Source: Trichodelitschia bisporula
Taxonomy: Eukaryota
Direction: 5' to 3'
NCBI GenBank assembly: GCA_010356995.1
Contig: ML996709.1
Span: 138,606 to 202,605, forward strand
DNA length: 64,000 nt
Shown here: one piece after another, positions 39,901-51,482 of the stretch
How positions within the stretch are numbered: position 1 is the stretch's first letter
Layout: each line of letters starts with the position of its first letter
Program-made: the position numbers and the translations under genes
Notes under the pieces: generated by a model
The model's database searches: none
Told to the model about the DNA's origin: nothing
The model's input: only the letters and a program-made list of their open reading frames with translations

Positions 39901-40200
39901 TAGGTACACGCCAAATGGGATTGGGATAAGAATAGAGGGGGAAGTTTGTGTACGACTTACCGAGCCGAGGGGCCGAAGGTAATGTACCGGTTTGGCCAGA
40001 TTATCCTCTCAATAATTACAACGAAAAAAAAGTGTCTAACCAACCACGTCAGTTCGAGAAATGAACTAGTGGAGGGTATAGAGAAGAGCCTGGCGATTCA
40101 GGGGAGATAGTTCATGAGGGTTGTAAAGGCGGGATGGTTGAGTTAGAGACCCGGGAAATTGGAGGCTGTGTGTGGAACGAGGTTGGGTGGAGAGGGAGCT
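36940..40200. repeat. 12-unit degenerate tandem array, period 217-358 bp, apparently non-coding
   Basis: Core CCCCTC(A/G)ATAAT..A-tract..GTCAACCCGACCACGTCCG starts at about 37029, 37276, 37554, 37808, 38099, 38381, 38681, 39039, 39256, 39489, 39744 and 40005. Each is followed by GAAGCGG.GGAG, GCCTGGCGAT, GATGGTGGAG.TAGAG and GAGGTTGGGATGA-like blocks. Confidence 0.95.
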
Positions 40201-40342
40201 CCGAGAGCCTACCTACGCGTCTTTGCGGACCGGGCCGGAGTATGTCTAACCGTGAGAGTATGTTCTCGGCATTGGTATCTATGAGGTATCATCGTACAAT
40301 TACATCCTGGATCGCTCACCCGCTATGGCCTCATCCTATCCC

Positions 40343-42027
40343 TCATCCCTCATCATCACTGAAACCCGTCCACTCCTCCTCATCCACCCTCCCTTCTTCT
40401 GCTTCTTCCTCGACTTGTTCGTTCCAATCGGGAAGATCCCTAACAAACCCACACACAAAAAACCCCATCGTCCCCTCCGCCGTCCCCGCCTCACACCTAA
40501 TACACGCCTCGGCCACCTCGTGCACCCACCCCTTTGCACCCCCCATAACACTCTTCAAACCAACCTCCCCCCCGACCGCCTCAACAACTCCCCTGTCCCC
40601 CCTAACCCCCCACGCCTTCATCCCCTCCACCTGTTCCTCCCTTCTCAGCACACGCCACCTACCCTCTCGCCCGGCATCCGAGATCAGCGAACGAATAACC
40701 ACGGCCTCGTTTTCCGCGCCGTGGATCGAGCATGTGCTATATGTGATCCGCCGACAGGCAGGAAAGCGCATCGCATGCTCGACCATATGCAGCTGAAACG
40801 CCGACAAAGCCGTCAGCCGCTCCTTAAGCGCCGCCTCTTCCGCGCCTACGTCCTCCTTTACCCTCTCCTCTTTCGCCACCTTTCCCATCTTGCCCTTCTT
40901 CGGCGCGCCTTTCGCCGCGCCCTTGACGTCTGCCGGCGCCCGCGGGAAAACACACGCCCCGTCCTCGCGCCCGACTATCCCGCTGCCGCTGCAACTCGGA
41001 TCGAGCAGTATCGCGCCGACATCATCCCATTCCTCATCCCCCGGATCGGCGGCCAGAAAGTCTGCTGGCGCACGCACATCCACCCGCTCATCCGCCTTCG
41101 CCGTCTTCAGCATCTTTGCCAGAATCTTGGAGCGTCCCGCATCCCGCTCAAACGCTACGATCCGGGAAGCTGTGGTGTCGGGGGTGTCGGAGGCAGTGGT
41201 GGAGTCCGATGTGTGGGAGGCATACAGCGCAGCAAGATGCGTCGTTTTATTCCCCGGCGCAGCGCACGCATCCACCACCCTCCCATCCTCGGGCCTTGGG
41301 TCAAGCAGCAGCGCGGGAAAACAACTCGCCTTGTCCTGCAAAATCACATTCCCCCCCCTGTATACCGAGGTCTTCGACACATCGGCGCCCGGGGGCAGGG
41401 CAAGGAGGTCCGGGACGTGTGTATCCCGGTAGTAGACGCAGTCCGTCGGCTTCGCAGAGAGTACGTCTGCTAACGTCGTTTCGGTATAGTTATTGAACGC
41501 GCGGTTGAGCAACTCCTTGGGCGTTGTGGTGAGCGTGTTTACGCGCATCCAGCGCGGATGCGGGAGCGAGCCGTCCGGGGCATGGGCGTCGAGCGCGGCG
41601 GCGAGGGAGGGGAGCGTTGCATGACGGCGGCGGAGGCGGACGCGTGTGAGCTCGGCGGAGAGGCGCGTGCGGTGCGCGGTGATGGCTCGGGCGAGGGGGT
41701 GGGTGCTTGGGCAGGAGAGGCCGCGGGGGCGGAGGAGGAGGTCGTGGGTTAGGGCGAGGGCGAGGGCGGGGGTAAGCTGGGTGGGCGTTAGTCTAGGTTG
41801 TTGTGTGGGGGGGTGGAGGGGCAGACTTTGCGCTCAACGGCCAGGAGGCCGCTTGCCTCGATGACTTCAGCGAGGACTGGGGACCATTTTGTCACGGCGC
41901 TGGCGAGCGCGTAGACATGTGCGGGAGTGTTTTTGATGTTCTTTGCGCTGTAGACGCGGGATTTAAGGGAGCCGCCGGTGTGGTCTTCGTTCGCGAGGAG
42001 GGTTGCGCAGTCGTAGTATAGGGACAT
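40343..42027 (-). CDS. RCM1: NOL1/NOP2/Sun-family rRNA m5C methyltransferase (Rcm1/NSUN5 type)
   Basis: MSLYY start, RWMRVNTL, ILQDKASCFPA, DACAAPGNKTTHLA, LLDPSCSGSG, YSTCSIH..ENE, MGFFV. Exons 42027-41827 and 41776-40343. Confidence 0.9.
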
Positions 42028-42189
42028 GGTTTTGCGGAGTGGGATGAGTAGGGATGAGTAGGGATGAGGTTGAGTTTTGATGGACGCGATGCCTTGGTGC
42101 CTTGTGGGTTAGGGTAGTGGGGAGGCACGGGAGGATCACGCATTGGGAGGTTCAAATTCGAGATGCAGATTCAGTTGCCCATTACCAAT

Positions 42190-44784
42190 CTACGTAGTAC
42201 GCCATGTATCAATTCTATCAAAGCGTAAGGTCCGAGGTGTGTCCTCGCCCTTGTCCTTTATCGACAGCATCGTGACGACTTGGTTGTTCTCATCCATCAG
42301 CATCACATAGCGCTTGCCCTTCCGCCCATTGACCTTCATGAAACACACGGTGTCCTCGTTCGTACTTATCCGAGCTTCATGCGTGTACAGCACCGGGTGG
42401 TTGTGGATCTCCCACTCGATGTTGTCGTCAAAGTCCATGATGTCGGGGCCAACGAACGGCTCGCGGAACCGGCACGACATGATGTGGTAACGAGGCTCAT
42501 TGGCTTCCTTGACGAGCACGAGACACTCGTCGTCGTCGATGAAGTCAAGGTCAATGATTTTGGGGCCTCCAGTGCGCCAGATGCCGACTTGCTGGCGGTG
42601 GATGGAGGTGGTGTTTTCGTAGATGTCGGAGTGGACGGTACGGAAAACATGAACTGTGGTGTTAACTTGGTTTCGAGATTTGGGGGTAGCCATACGCTGG
42701 TCGCGGTCATCTTCGGCATTGACGAGCGCGTAGGTCGTCATGTCGCTGCTGCTCTCGAGTTTCTGTTTCATTAGCACCGCTCACCTGCACAGGCACGACA
42801 TACCTCGAAAACCATGCGGATGCGCGACGCCCACGGCCGCCACGCGCCTGTCTTGAGAACGATGGGCTTACCCAGCATACTGCTCTCGCGCTGCCAGGTA
42901 GTGATCTGCCCGACAAGCTTCTGGCTCTCGCGGCTCCACACTTCAAAATGCGTATGCAAGTTCAAGATTCTGTTCTGCCGATCCGGCTCTTCGCCCTTTG
43001 CAATCTCCAGCACCACAGCGCTCACGACATCGTAGTCAGATTTATCCAACTTCTCCAACTTCTCCAACTTCTCGTTAGCCTGGATAAACACATCCATCTT
43101 GCTGTTTCCAAGCTGCTCCAGGTAATTCAGCAGCAACTCGAGATCAAGCGGCTCCGGCTCCGTCATCGGCGGCGTATTCGATGACAGCCGCACAAACTCG
43201 CCGCGGATCCACTTCGCGTAAATCGCGTACTCGGTGCGCTCCTGCGAGACGACGAGCAGCGCGTGGCTGGCGATCAGGCGCATGCAGCGGATGACGTTGG
43301 TGCTGGTTTCGAAGTACTCGAGCGGGACGTTGAAGAACGGGCTGTCGGCGTGGTAGATGGCGAGGCCCTTGAGGCTGTCCAACAGCATCTGGCAGCGGTC
43401 GAGGGCGGGAATCAGCGTATCGCGCAGGAGCTCGGTGACCTTGTTGTAGCCCGTCGTCATGGCGTGATCCCAGCGCTTGAGGTTCTGGGAAAGTTAGTTG
43501 GGTAAAGGCATGTTGGAAAGTCTCACCCTGTCGCCCATGTGCACCACGAGCCACTCCTTCAGCGTCGGACCGCAGTGCCCGGCGCAGGCGAGTTCGTAGA
43601 GCTGTGCGATGAGATCGGCCTCCTCCTTCTCTACGAGGTCTTCCTCCATGTTCTCCTTGAGCCGAGAAGGCAGCTCTTTGGCCGACTTCCAGTAGTAGTT
43701 TAGGGCAAAGAGGGACTCCCGCACGTAGAGAACCAGGGTCTCGAGCTGCGCTGTCTTGCTCTCGATGTGGTGAATGTAGTTACCAGAGTTACGAAGGATG
43801 CCCAGCGTCAAGGGAAACATCAGAGTGCTCAGCTTCCCTTCTTGATTCTTGCCCTCCGACAGAAACCAGTGCGTAGAGGAATAGGGATGCCACGCATGAT
43901 GATGATGTCTGATATCCTTGTTCTTCCACTCATCTGGCAGCTCGACAGCACCTAGGCTGAGCGAGTCGTACAGCACAACACGGAGGCTCCCATCTCCCTG
44001 GCCCCAGATCATCGAGTCCACGGCGTCAAAGTTCAGCGGCTGCTGCGTATGCAACACCATGTCCAAGGCCGCCTGATTACTGAACATTTCCGTAGTCGCA
44101 GAATCCAAGCCCTGCTGGGGACGCAAGATCGCCGGTAGCGCAGGGAGCTTGGGGAACAGGAACGTGACATCCATACGGGCGAGCTTGTCAGGCAGCTCGG
44201 GGTCCATATCCAGAGCAAAGAGGTCCGGCTCGCGATCCAGAAAGTCTTCAATGTCAATGGGTGCCTTGCCAGTAGCCCAGTCCTCAAGAGGTAAGGCCTT
44301 CAGGACATTCACCTCTGCAGACGCCGGGAACGGATGTGCGACATCGTCGCCAGTGCGCGCTTTGAACTTGGGCACGTCGATCGCGTTGATGCCCCAGCCG
44401 ATACAGGTGACTCCGCGCCTGTCCACCGAACCGTCAGCTGCAACCTGGCGGAAGTGTTGCATCACGCTGCCGGTCTCGGCGGCGATGACTTCCACCAGGC
44501 CGTCCGACCACCCCATGACGAGATACTGGCCTAATAATGTCAGTGAAATTCATGACCCGGTGAAGAAAACTACCATTGAATTTCCAGGCCATGCAGGTAA
44601 TCTCGCCTTGCTTGGAGCGGCGGGGAAGCGTGAACGCAGGTTGCCCGTTGAAGCGATACACTGTCATGGAGTGGTCGTGATCCGCGACGGCGACGAGGTC
44701 CATCGCTGGGCAGACGGCGATGGTTTTCGGCGATGGGCAGGGCACCATCTGGAATTGCGCGCGGGGCACGAGGCGTGTCGCCAT
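42190..44784 (-). CDS. APC4: Anaphase-promoting complex subunit 4
   Basis: N-terminal CPAMDLVAV..VYRFNGQ..AWKFNG..GWSDG WD40 region; helical domain LYELACAG..LKEWL..KRWD..GY..LIPALDRC; C-terminal VNGRKGKR. Several introns. Confidence 0.85.
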
Positions 44785-45070
44785 TTTGGCGATTACAGGA
44801 TATTGAGACGCTCAGTGCTGATGATGGATGTTGTCAAGGTTGCAGGAGAGAAGATATTTATGTCGGTGGTTGTAAACACAGGGCTGGCGTGGTCGACCAT
44901 CGGACTTGGCATTCGGGGGCACAAGGCGGAGCAGGGGCTCTGCAACATCACGACACCAGGATTGACTTCACATATCCGAAAACACATCAGGCAAAATCAA
45001 GCTATCATTTTTGACAGCGAAGCTCGCTACTCAATCCCATCACTCAGCGCTGCGTACCCGCCCAAACCGT

Positions 45071-46726
45071 CTAGTAGATCTTGTAGTTGTCCGCCCGAGA
45101 CTTGACTTCTTTTGAAAAGTCGACCTCCTCTCCCATTGATACCAGCGTCACCGATTCCACCTACGTGTGTCAGTTTCGTCTCGTCACTAGAAGGAAGAAT
45201 ACTCACATCAACCTCCACAAACGGCCGCGTCTTATTGAAGCGTACTGCCATGGGGAACAACTCCGATTCGTCCGAGGCGTGCGCCTCGAACTCGAAGGAA
45301 CCCGTCGAGTTACTATCGTCCACAGTTCCAATGGTCCAGTCTAAACTGTCGCCCGACACCTCGTAGACGGCGTCGAAGCTGGACACCACCGGCTCGCTCG
45401 TCGCGAACGGAATCGTAACCACCACATCCTTGAGCGGGTCGCCACCTGTCCACTCGTATTCCACCGTGACATTCCACGTGTTGCCGCCCGCATCGTTGAG
45501 CCACACGCTGAAAGTAATGGGCAGATCGTCAACCTCCTTGAGTGCCACCTTCCAGCGCATCGCGGTGATGGACTGGTTGGCAGGGAACGCCTTGCCGCCC
45601 TCGGGGACTTGGATGACTTTCTGGTTCTTGAACATGGTCTTGTCAATGTTCGGGTTCGCCATGAGCTGTGCGCCCCGCGTGTTGCCAACTCCAAGGCGTA
45701 GCTTAACGCCAACGAGCGAGGGATCCGTTATCCGCAGTTGCACCTCGCCCTTAACGTCCAGCGACTCGAGAGTCCCGTCTCTGCTTAGTCGCGCCGAAAT
45801 GGCCTCGACGAGGGCGATGTGGATGGGTTCGCGGTCTGGGACGACAGACTGCGATACGTGTGTGGCGGCCTTGGGTGACGGCGCGGCAGGCACCAGCGGC
45901 GCTGTCTCCTCCGGACCCAGCTCACCACGGATCTGGTCGAAGGCGCTCGTCGTCTTGGACTTCTTGCCTAGCTGCATACCCTTGCCCCGCACTGCCAACG
46001 GCTTCGAGCCCTTCTGTTCGGCCTTGTAGGCATCGTACGTGTCGGGGATGTTCGTGGTTGCCGGAGGCGTGTATGTTGGGTAGGAAGGGGCGCGGGGAGG
46101 GATACCGCGGGTACTGCGAGCCATCTCCTTGCGCTGCATCTCGAGCTGCTTCGCCTTGCGCTTGCGCTCTTCTGTAGCTTCGAGCTCCTTGTTCTAGGGA
46201 AATGTTAGCAGTGGTTGGAAATATGTAAGCCGACGCACTCTGGCAATGATCTCCTGTATCCGCTCCTCATGACTCTCCATTTCCAGGAACGTCTTGATTT
46301 GGCTCAGCGTGAGGTTCTCCCGGTAGCCGAGGGTGACAAGCTCGTCGAAGGCGCCCAGCAGCTCAAACGCATGCTTGACAATCTCGCGCTCGTCGAGAGT
46401 CTTGCAGATGCTGGAGACTACCTGTGCGAAGAGGTGCAAGGAGTCAATATCCTGCAGGATGTTCGAAGCGCGGTTGGTAATCAAGACCAGGAAGAGCTCG
46501 TCGAGCGGTTGGTAGACGTAGCGCACCGCATCGACCTCAACTGTTGTGTGCTGAGTCCCGGAAGCGGCGAGCTTGGGGAATTGTGCGAGAAGCGCCTCAA
46601 TCCGGGACCGTTGCATCTCTACAAATGTCCGAGAGACCACCACCTTGCCCCCGCGGGTGCATACCGAAGCGCTGAGAATCTGGGGGCATTAGCTTCCACC
46701 GCTCAACTAGCGGATGGAAATACCAT
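45071..46726 (-). CDS. RET2: Coatomer subunit delta (delta-COP)
   Basis: M|ILSASVCTRGGKVVVSR, RIEALLAQFPKL, VRYVYQPLDEL, SNILQDI, EMESHEERIQEII and a mu-homology C-terminus. The first exon is ATG only (intron 46723-46680); the last exon ends ..DNYKIY*. Confidence 0.95.
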
Positions 46727-47405
46727 GATGAAGCAAGCCCCTAGGGGTTAGGAGGCGGGCACAATTTGAGGGAGTTCGGCGAGTCACTCCGATAGTCAAT
46801 CTGTCCCTACTCGTTTTCGCACTGTAGGAATTAGCTGTAGTTAGCTATCACCACTCCGTATATTCGTGGCTTCAACGATGGGTGACTGGGGAACAACATT
46901 TCTCCGAGGTACGCGTCAACGCCCTCTAATCACGTGAAATACCCCTCTACCGGAAAAAGGCCAGAAGGGCTTGGCGGAATCATTAGCGTCAGAGCGAGAC
47001 CGTGTCAAAGACGTGCCTTCACCTTCACCCTACTCACCATTACCTGTACCTTCACCTACATCCTGCACCTTCATTTTCACCCCGTACCTTCACCTCACCC
47101 TGCGCCCTGACTTCACCCTACACCTTCAAAATTCCCCCATTCATCACCCTCCTTTCGACATCCCGTACCGAGAGCTCCCTTTTTACGATCAAGTTTGTCT
47201 CGCGAAACGCCTTTCACACTCAGTTCCTCCATCGCGAGCTCTCAACTTCCGTCAAAGAAACCTCCACATGCTCATCTGCCCGCATATCTCCTTTCACACA
47301 ACCCGGATTACTAACATCTAGCTCTCTTCGCGAGCGAATCGCGAGCCAACCGCGTACGACGCGTCCAACTTCACGGCAATCGTCTACAATCGTCACTTGG
47401 CCACG

Positions 47406-50235
47406 ATGAGCGTGCCTCTGCTGCAGCTGTCTACGCTGGACGAGGACATGGAGATGTCGTCCGACATCCATGGTGTTGATATCGACATCGACCTGACCGC
47501 GTCGCCTGGCCCCGAGGGAGACCATGACATCGATTACATGATCGAAGATGCGCTTGACGAAGGCGCACACGAGGAGGGCGACGATATCATGCTCGATGAG
47601 TTTGACGAGATGATGCCTGACGAGGACATGGTACAAGCTGAGCCAGCTGATTTCGGCGCATCTCACGAAACGACCCAGCCTGACAGCTTTGCTGTTGAAG
47701 CTACTGGCGAGCTGAACCAGAACCCGCACTTTCACCTTTCTTTCCCCGACGATGGCCTCCCCCCCACTCAAGTGTCTGAGGACCACGATGTCCACCCTTC
47801 TTCCTCGAAGACTGAATCCCAGAACGAAACGGCCGAGACGACTCAATCCGTTCTGACCCATGAGAAACAACCGACCCCTGTACAATCTCCTCCATCCCAG
47901 CATGTCGAAGATGCATCCGCCCAGATCACGTACGAGGAGGCCGATCAAGTTTCTACTGACAATCTTCCAACGGAGCAAGACAAGCCTTCCCTGGGGACGG
48001 ACAACCCTACTGAAGCCGACAACAAGACTGATCTCTCCAATCCGCACGCGACGGACGATGCGCCTGTTGGTCAGCACCAGGTGGCTGCCGAGGAACTTCC
48101 TGAACCGGCCAATGTCGAAACTGATGCCCATGATGAGCAGTCCGGTACTCATGATCCGGAACATGAAGACTACGAAGAACATAGCGATGTTGATTCGATA
48201 CACCCTGTCACTGTGTACTATGAGGGTAACACTTTGTCGCTATTCCCGCCGATGGACGAGAACGAAGTGGAGACGTACCTCTTGGCTGATCAAAGCATTG
48301 CGGACGAGGGCTTGGATGCCCTCTTCCAAGCGTGTCGAGAAGTGCTCGGTGACAGCATTGGTGACGACGAGCACTTGCAGCTGCATGTTCAGACGCTGGA
48401 TCTTGGCATCTCAGAGGTGATATCGCTCTCTCTACTCCAGTTCGCACTAACATGGGCAGGACTCTGCCGATTGTACCAAAGTCAGCCTCAGGCTGATTCT
48501 GCAGACATATCTAGATCTCTTCCGCCACGACGGTGTAGAAAACCCGGAGCCCATGCTCGTGACGCTAACCCACAAGCCGCGCTTCTCCGCTCGCCTTGAC
48601 GCGCTTCTAAGTGCGGTCAAGGAAGCCAAAGGGCTCTCACAGATAGATTTCTTGAACACTCCGCATGCCGAACCTTACGAAGGTGATGATGAAGAGGATC
48701 AAGACGGAGGCGAAAATGGTTCAACAAAGTTCGTTGCACCGCTGAAGCTTCCGGAGCCGGAACAATCGCCCGTCGCAGATCGCGTTCAGACGGGCCACCA
48801 TGCTACTCCTGAGCACGTTCCAGAGCCGGTGGGCAAGTCCTTCGATACTACTCAGGACGAGCATCAAAGCGAGACGGCACATGCAGATGAGGCCAAGGAT
48901 GGTGAGGTCCAGGCGAGCGAGGTCCATGATAGCGTCCACGAGGGCCATGACGGCCATGACGATAGCCATCCGCAAGGTGACGACAGTCACGAGCAGCATC
49001 ACGAGATCGACTATGAGGATACGTTTGAGATTAGCTACGAGGACGAAAAGGCAGAAGGTCAAGGCCAGGAGACTACCGACGTGACGCACGAGGACAAAGA
49101 CAGTGCGGAGACCGAGGCTCCTGAGACCGCGGCTGTCGAGGCTGGTTCGAATGCCGAGCCGCAGGTTCCCAACACTTCTACTAGCTCTTCCACCGTTCAA
49201 GGGGAAGTCAACGAAGGTCGGTTCTTCTCGCCGTCCTGCTTGGACTTAGCTCTAATGGATCTTGCTTCAGAAGTCACCAACTTTTCCTATGAAGGCACCG
49301 AAACCCAAGACGAAGCCCACGCTGCAGATGGCTTTGAGGGCGCCTATGATGAAACTGCTAACTATGATGGTATCGACTTTGATACTGGCTACCAACCTGC
49401 CTACGATCAAGAAGGCGTTCCGGTGATGTATGATGATGCGTACTATGGTGGAGAGTACTACGGCGATGAGCAAAACGCTACGGAAACTGCTAACGACGAG
49501 ACCTTGGTGGCCGAGGGCTCCTCCACGTTGCAAGAGTTCGAAGCCGGCGACCAAGAGTACTACGTTGACGGCACCCTCTTGACTGAGAATGAAGACGAGG
49601 AACATGCGGAGGAACAGTCTGCTCAGTCTCCGTCTACCACGGTCGAGGTGCCCACTGAGTCGGAGCCTGCGCAAGCGGCGCCTGGTTCCCAACAGACTCC
49701 TGCTAACCCGTCGACGTCTGTTCACTCTGGACCTGGCACCTTCGAAGTGCCTGATGAGTCGGATGAAGATGTGATCAACTACGACGAGGAGGATGAAGAG
49801 CCTGTAGCCCCTCTCACTCTGGCGACGGACACGCCTTCGGCCCCTCCCGCTTTGGCGACGACCACCCGGTCGGTCCAGCCGACGACGCCTGCGACCAAGT
49901 CAGACGTGTCGGTCACCATCTCCCGCCCCGAGAATGACATTGGCAAGCCAACTGTCACTGTCACTGTTACCCCAGAGTCAAAGTCTTCTGTTTCGACGAG
50001 TGGCTCAGGCACTCCGACATCGGCTGGTGGCTCGCCCCTTGGCAAGCGCCAGCGCGATGAGACGGACGAAGCTGAGATTACTCGCGCTCAAGGTTCGAAG
50101 CGCAGGCGCGCCTCAGATGGTGTTGCTAATTCTCCTCAGAGCTCAAACGGCAGCGGTCCGGATAGCGGCCGTGAGGACGTGGACCTCGATTTCGTTTGCA
50201 ACCGTAACGGCTTTTTGCTCCGCATCCGCTATTAG
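47406..50235 (+). CDS. Highly acidic, largely disordered conserved fungal protein with a central globular domain (DUF2420/Rmr1-like)
   Basis: D/E-rich ORFs joined by an intron at about 48417-48460. Central HPVTVYYEG..SLFPP..YLL..LFQACREVL..LDLGISED..P..VTL..KPRF domain; NLS-like GKRQR..KRRR near the end. Family name is recalled, not searched; the 3' end may be spliced. Confidence 0.7.
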
Positions 50236-51482
50236 CCTCGCTCCTCCCTCTCTCGCCACCGCCCCCTCTCACACCTACCCTACACCTATCCTACTTCCCA
50301 CCCAAAAACTCGATTCACGCCTACCTTTCTCACTCTTTCTACTTCCTTCTACACCCCACCAACCCCCACATACCCTCCCATATCTTTACCATTCGGCATC
50401 TTATCATCGGAGCTTGGTTCTTCGCGGCTGTCAGCTGTGACAAGCACGCTGTGAACAATGGACACAGACCTTGGTCTTTTTTTTCGTAAGTCTTCTATTA
50501 TACTAACCTGCACCCCATGCAACTTGAATATGCACCTGGCTACGCCGGTAATGGATGTATAAGTGGCGGCGTTGGGGAACGATCGATGGACAGCGCGGCA
50601 TTATATATCGGAGTTCAGGCATGGCATATCTACTGGCGAATGGCGGAGTTCACATGGCGGAGTATAGGACGGCCAGCAGATGATCGCGGGCCATGGGATT
50701 CATTTGTGCGCGATAGTAAGGCGTTTGATGGACTTCGGGGGTTTTGAAGGCGACTACATATGTATCCGAATAGGAGACTTCCTTTTTCGGTCCTCGATGG
50801 TGATCTGCAATCAGGTTCCCCATGTCCACGACGGAGGTGATGACGTGAAACGTAGCCAATTAGTGCGGCTCTAGTTGAAACGCAGCGACATGCGCCCCTT
50901 AAGGAGGCGGGCGGCTGTGTGTGCTTGTTCTTGACCAGTTGAGGCGCAGCTTGGCTCAGGCACCGAGGGCGCGCCAGGCATGCAAGCCGAGCCGACGCCG
51001 CTCCAGGGCTGACCTGAGACGGTCCCTGCGCAGCGAGCGAAGAACGTAACCTTACACCTCTGTCAAAGAACAACAGACAGAAGCACTCCGCGACGAGACG
51101 ATATCACAACACCATTCACAGTAGATTACCAACTGCACCTACTGCTATACACTTCCTTTCTACCACCACCCTCCCTGTCCGACGCCCTACGGACTCTGCG
51201 CATGACCTCCTCGAGCTAGCTCTGCTGAGGTGGCCTTTACAGGAGTCGATACCCCGGATTACGATTATATTGCGCCTAGGCAGACGCAATTCACCCTACA
51301 CAGAGCTGCACTGATCGCGGTTGTACGTACGGCTGTTACGACGTTACGGCGGGTCTGGTCTTTGGAAGCTTGGGATAGAAGCTCGTTGGGCTTCGCGGCT
51401 TCGCACCACGACAAGCGTCACGTCTTGACGGACTTCACACTTGAGCGCTCGGCCTACGGACCGTGCGCAAACACCCGCCGAG

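Noticed and set aside
36940..40200. CRISPR array interpretation
   Set aside because: The conserved block is about 190 bp and degenerate, the linkers are homologous to each other rather than unique spacers, no cas genes are present, and the context is eukaryotic.
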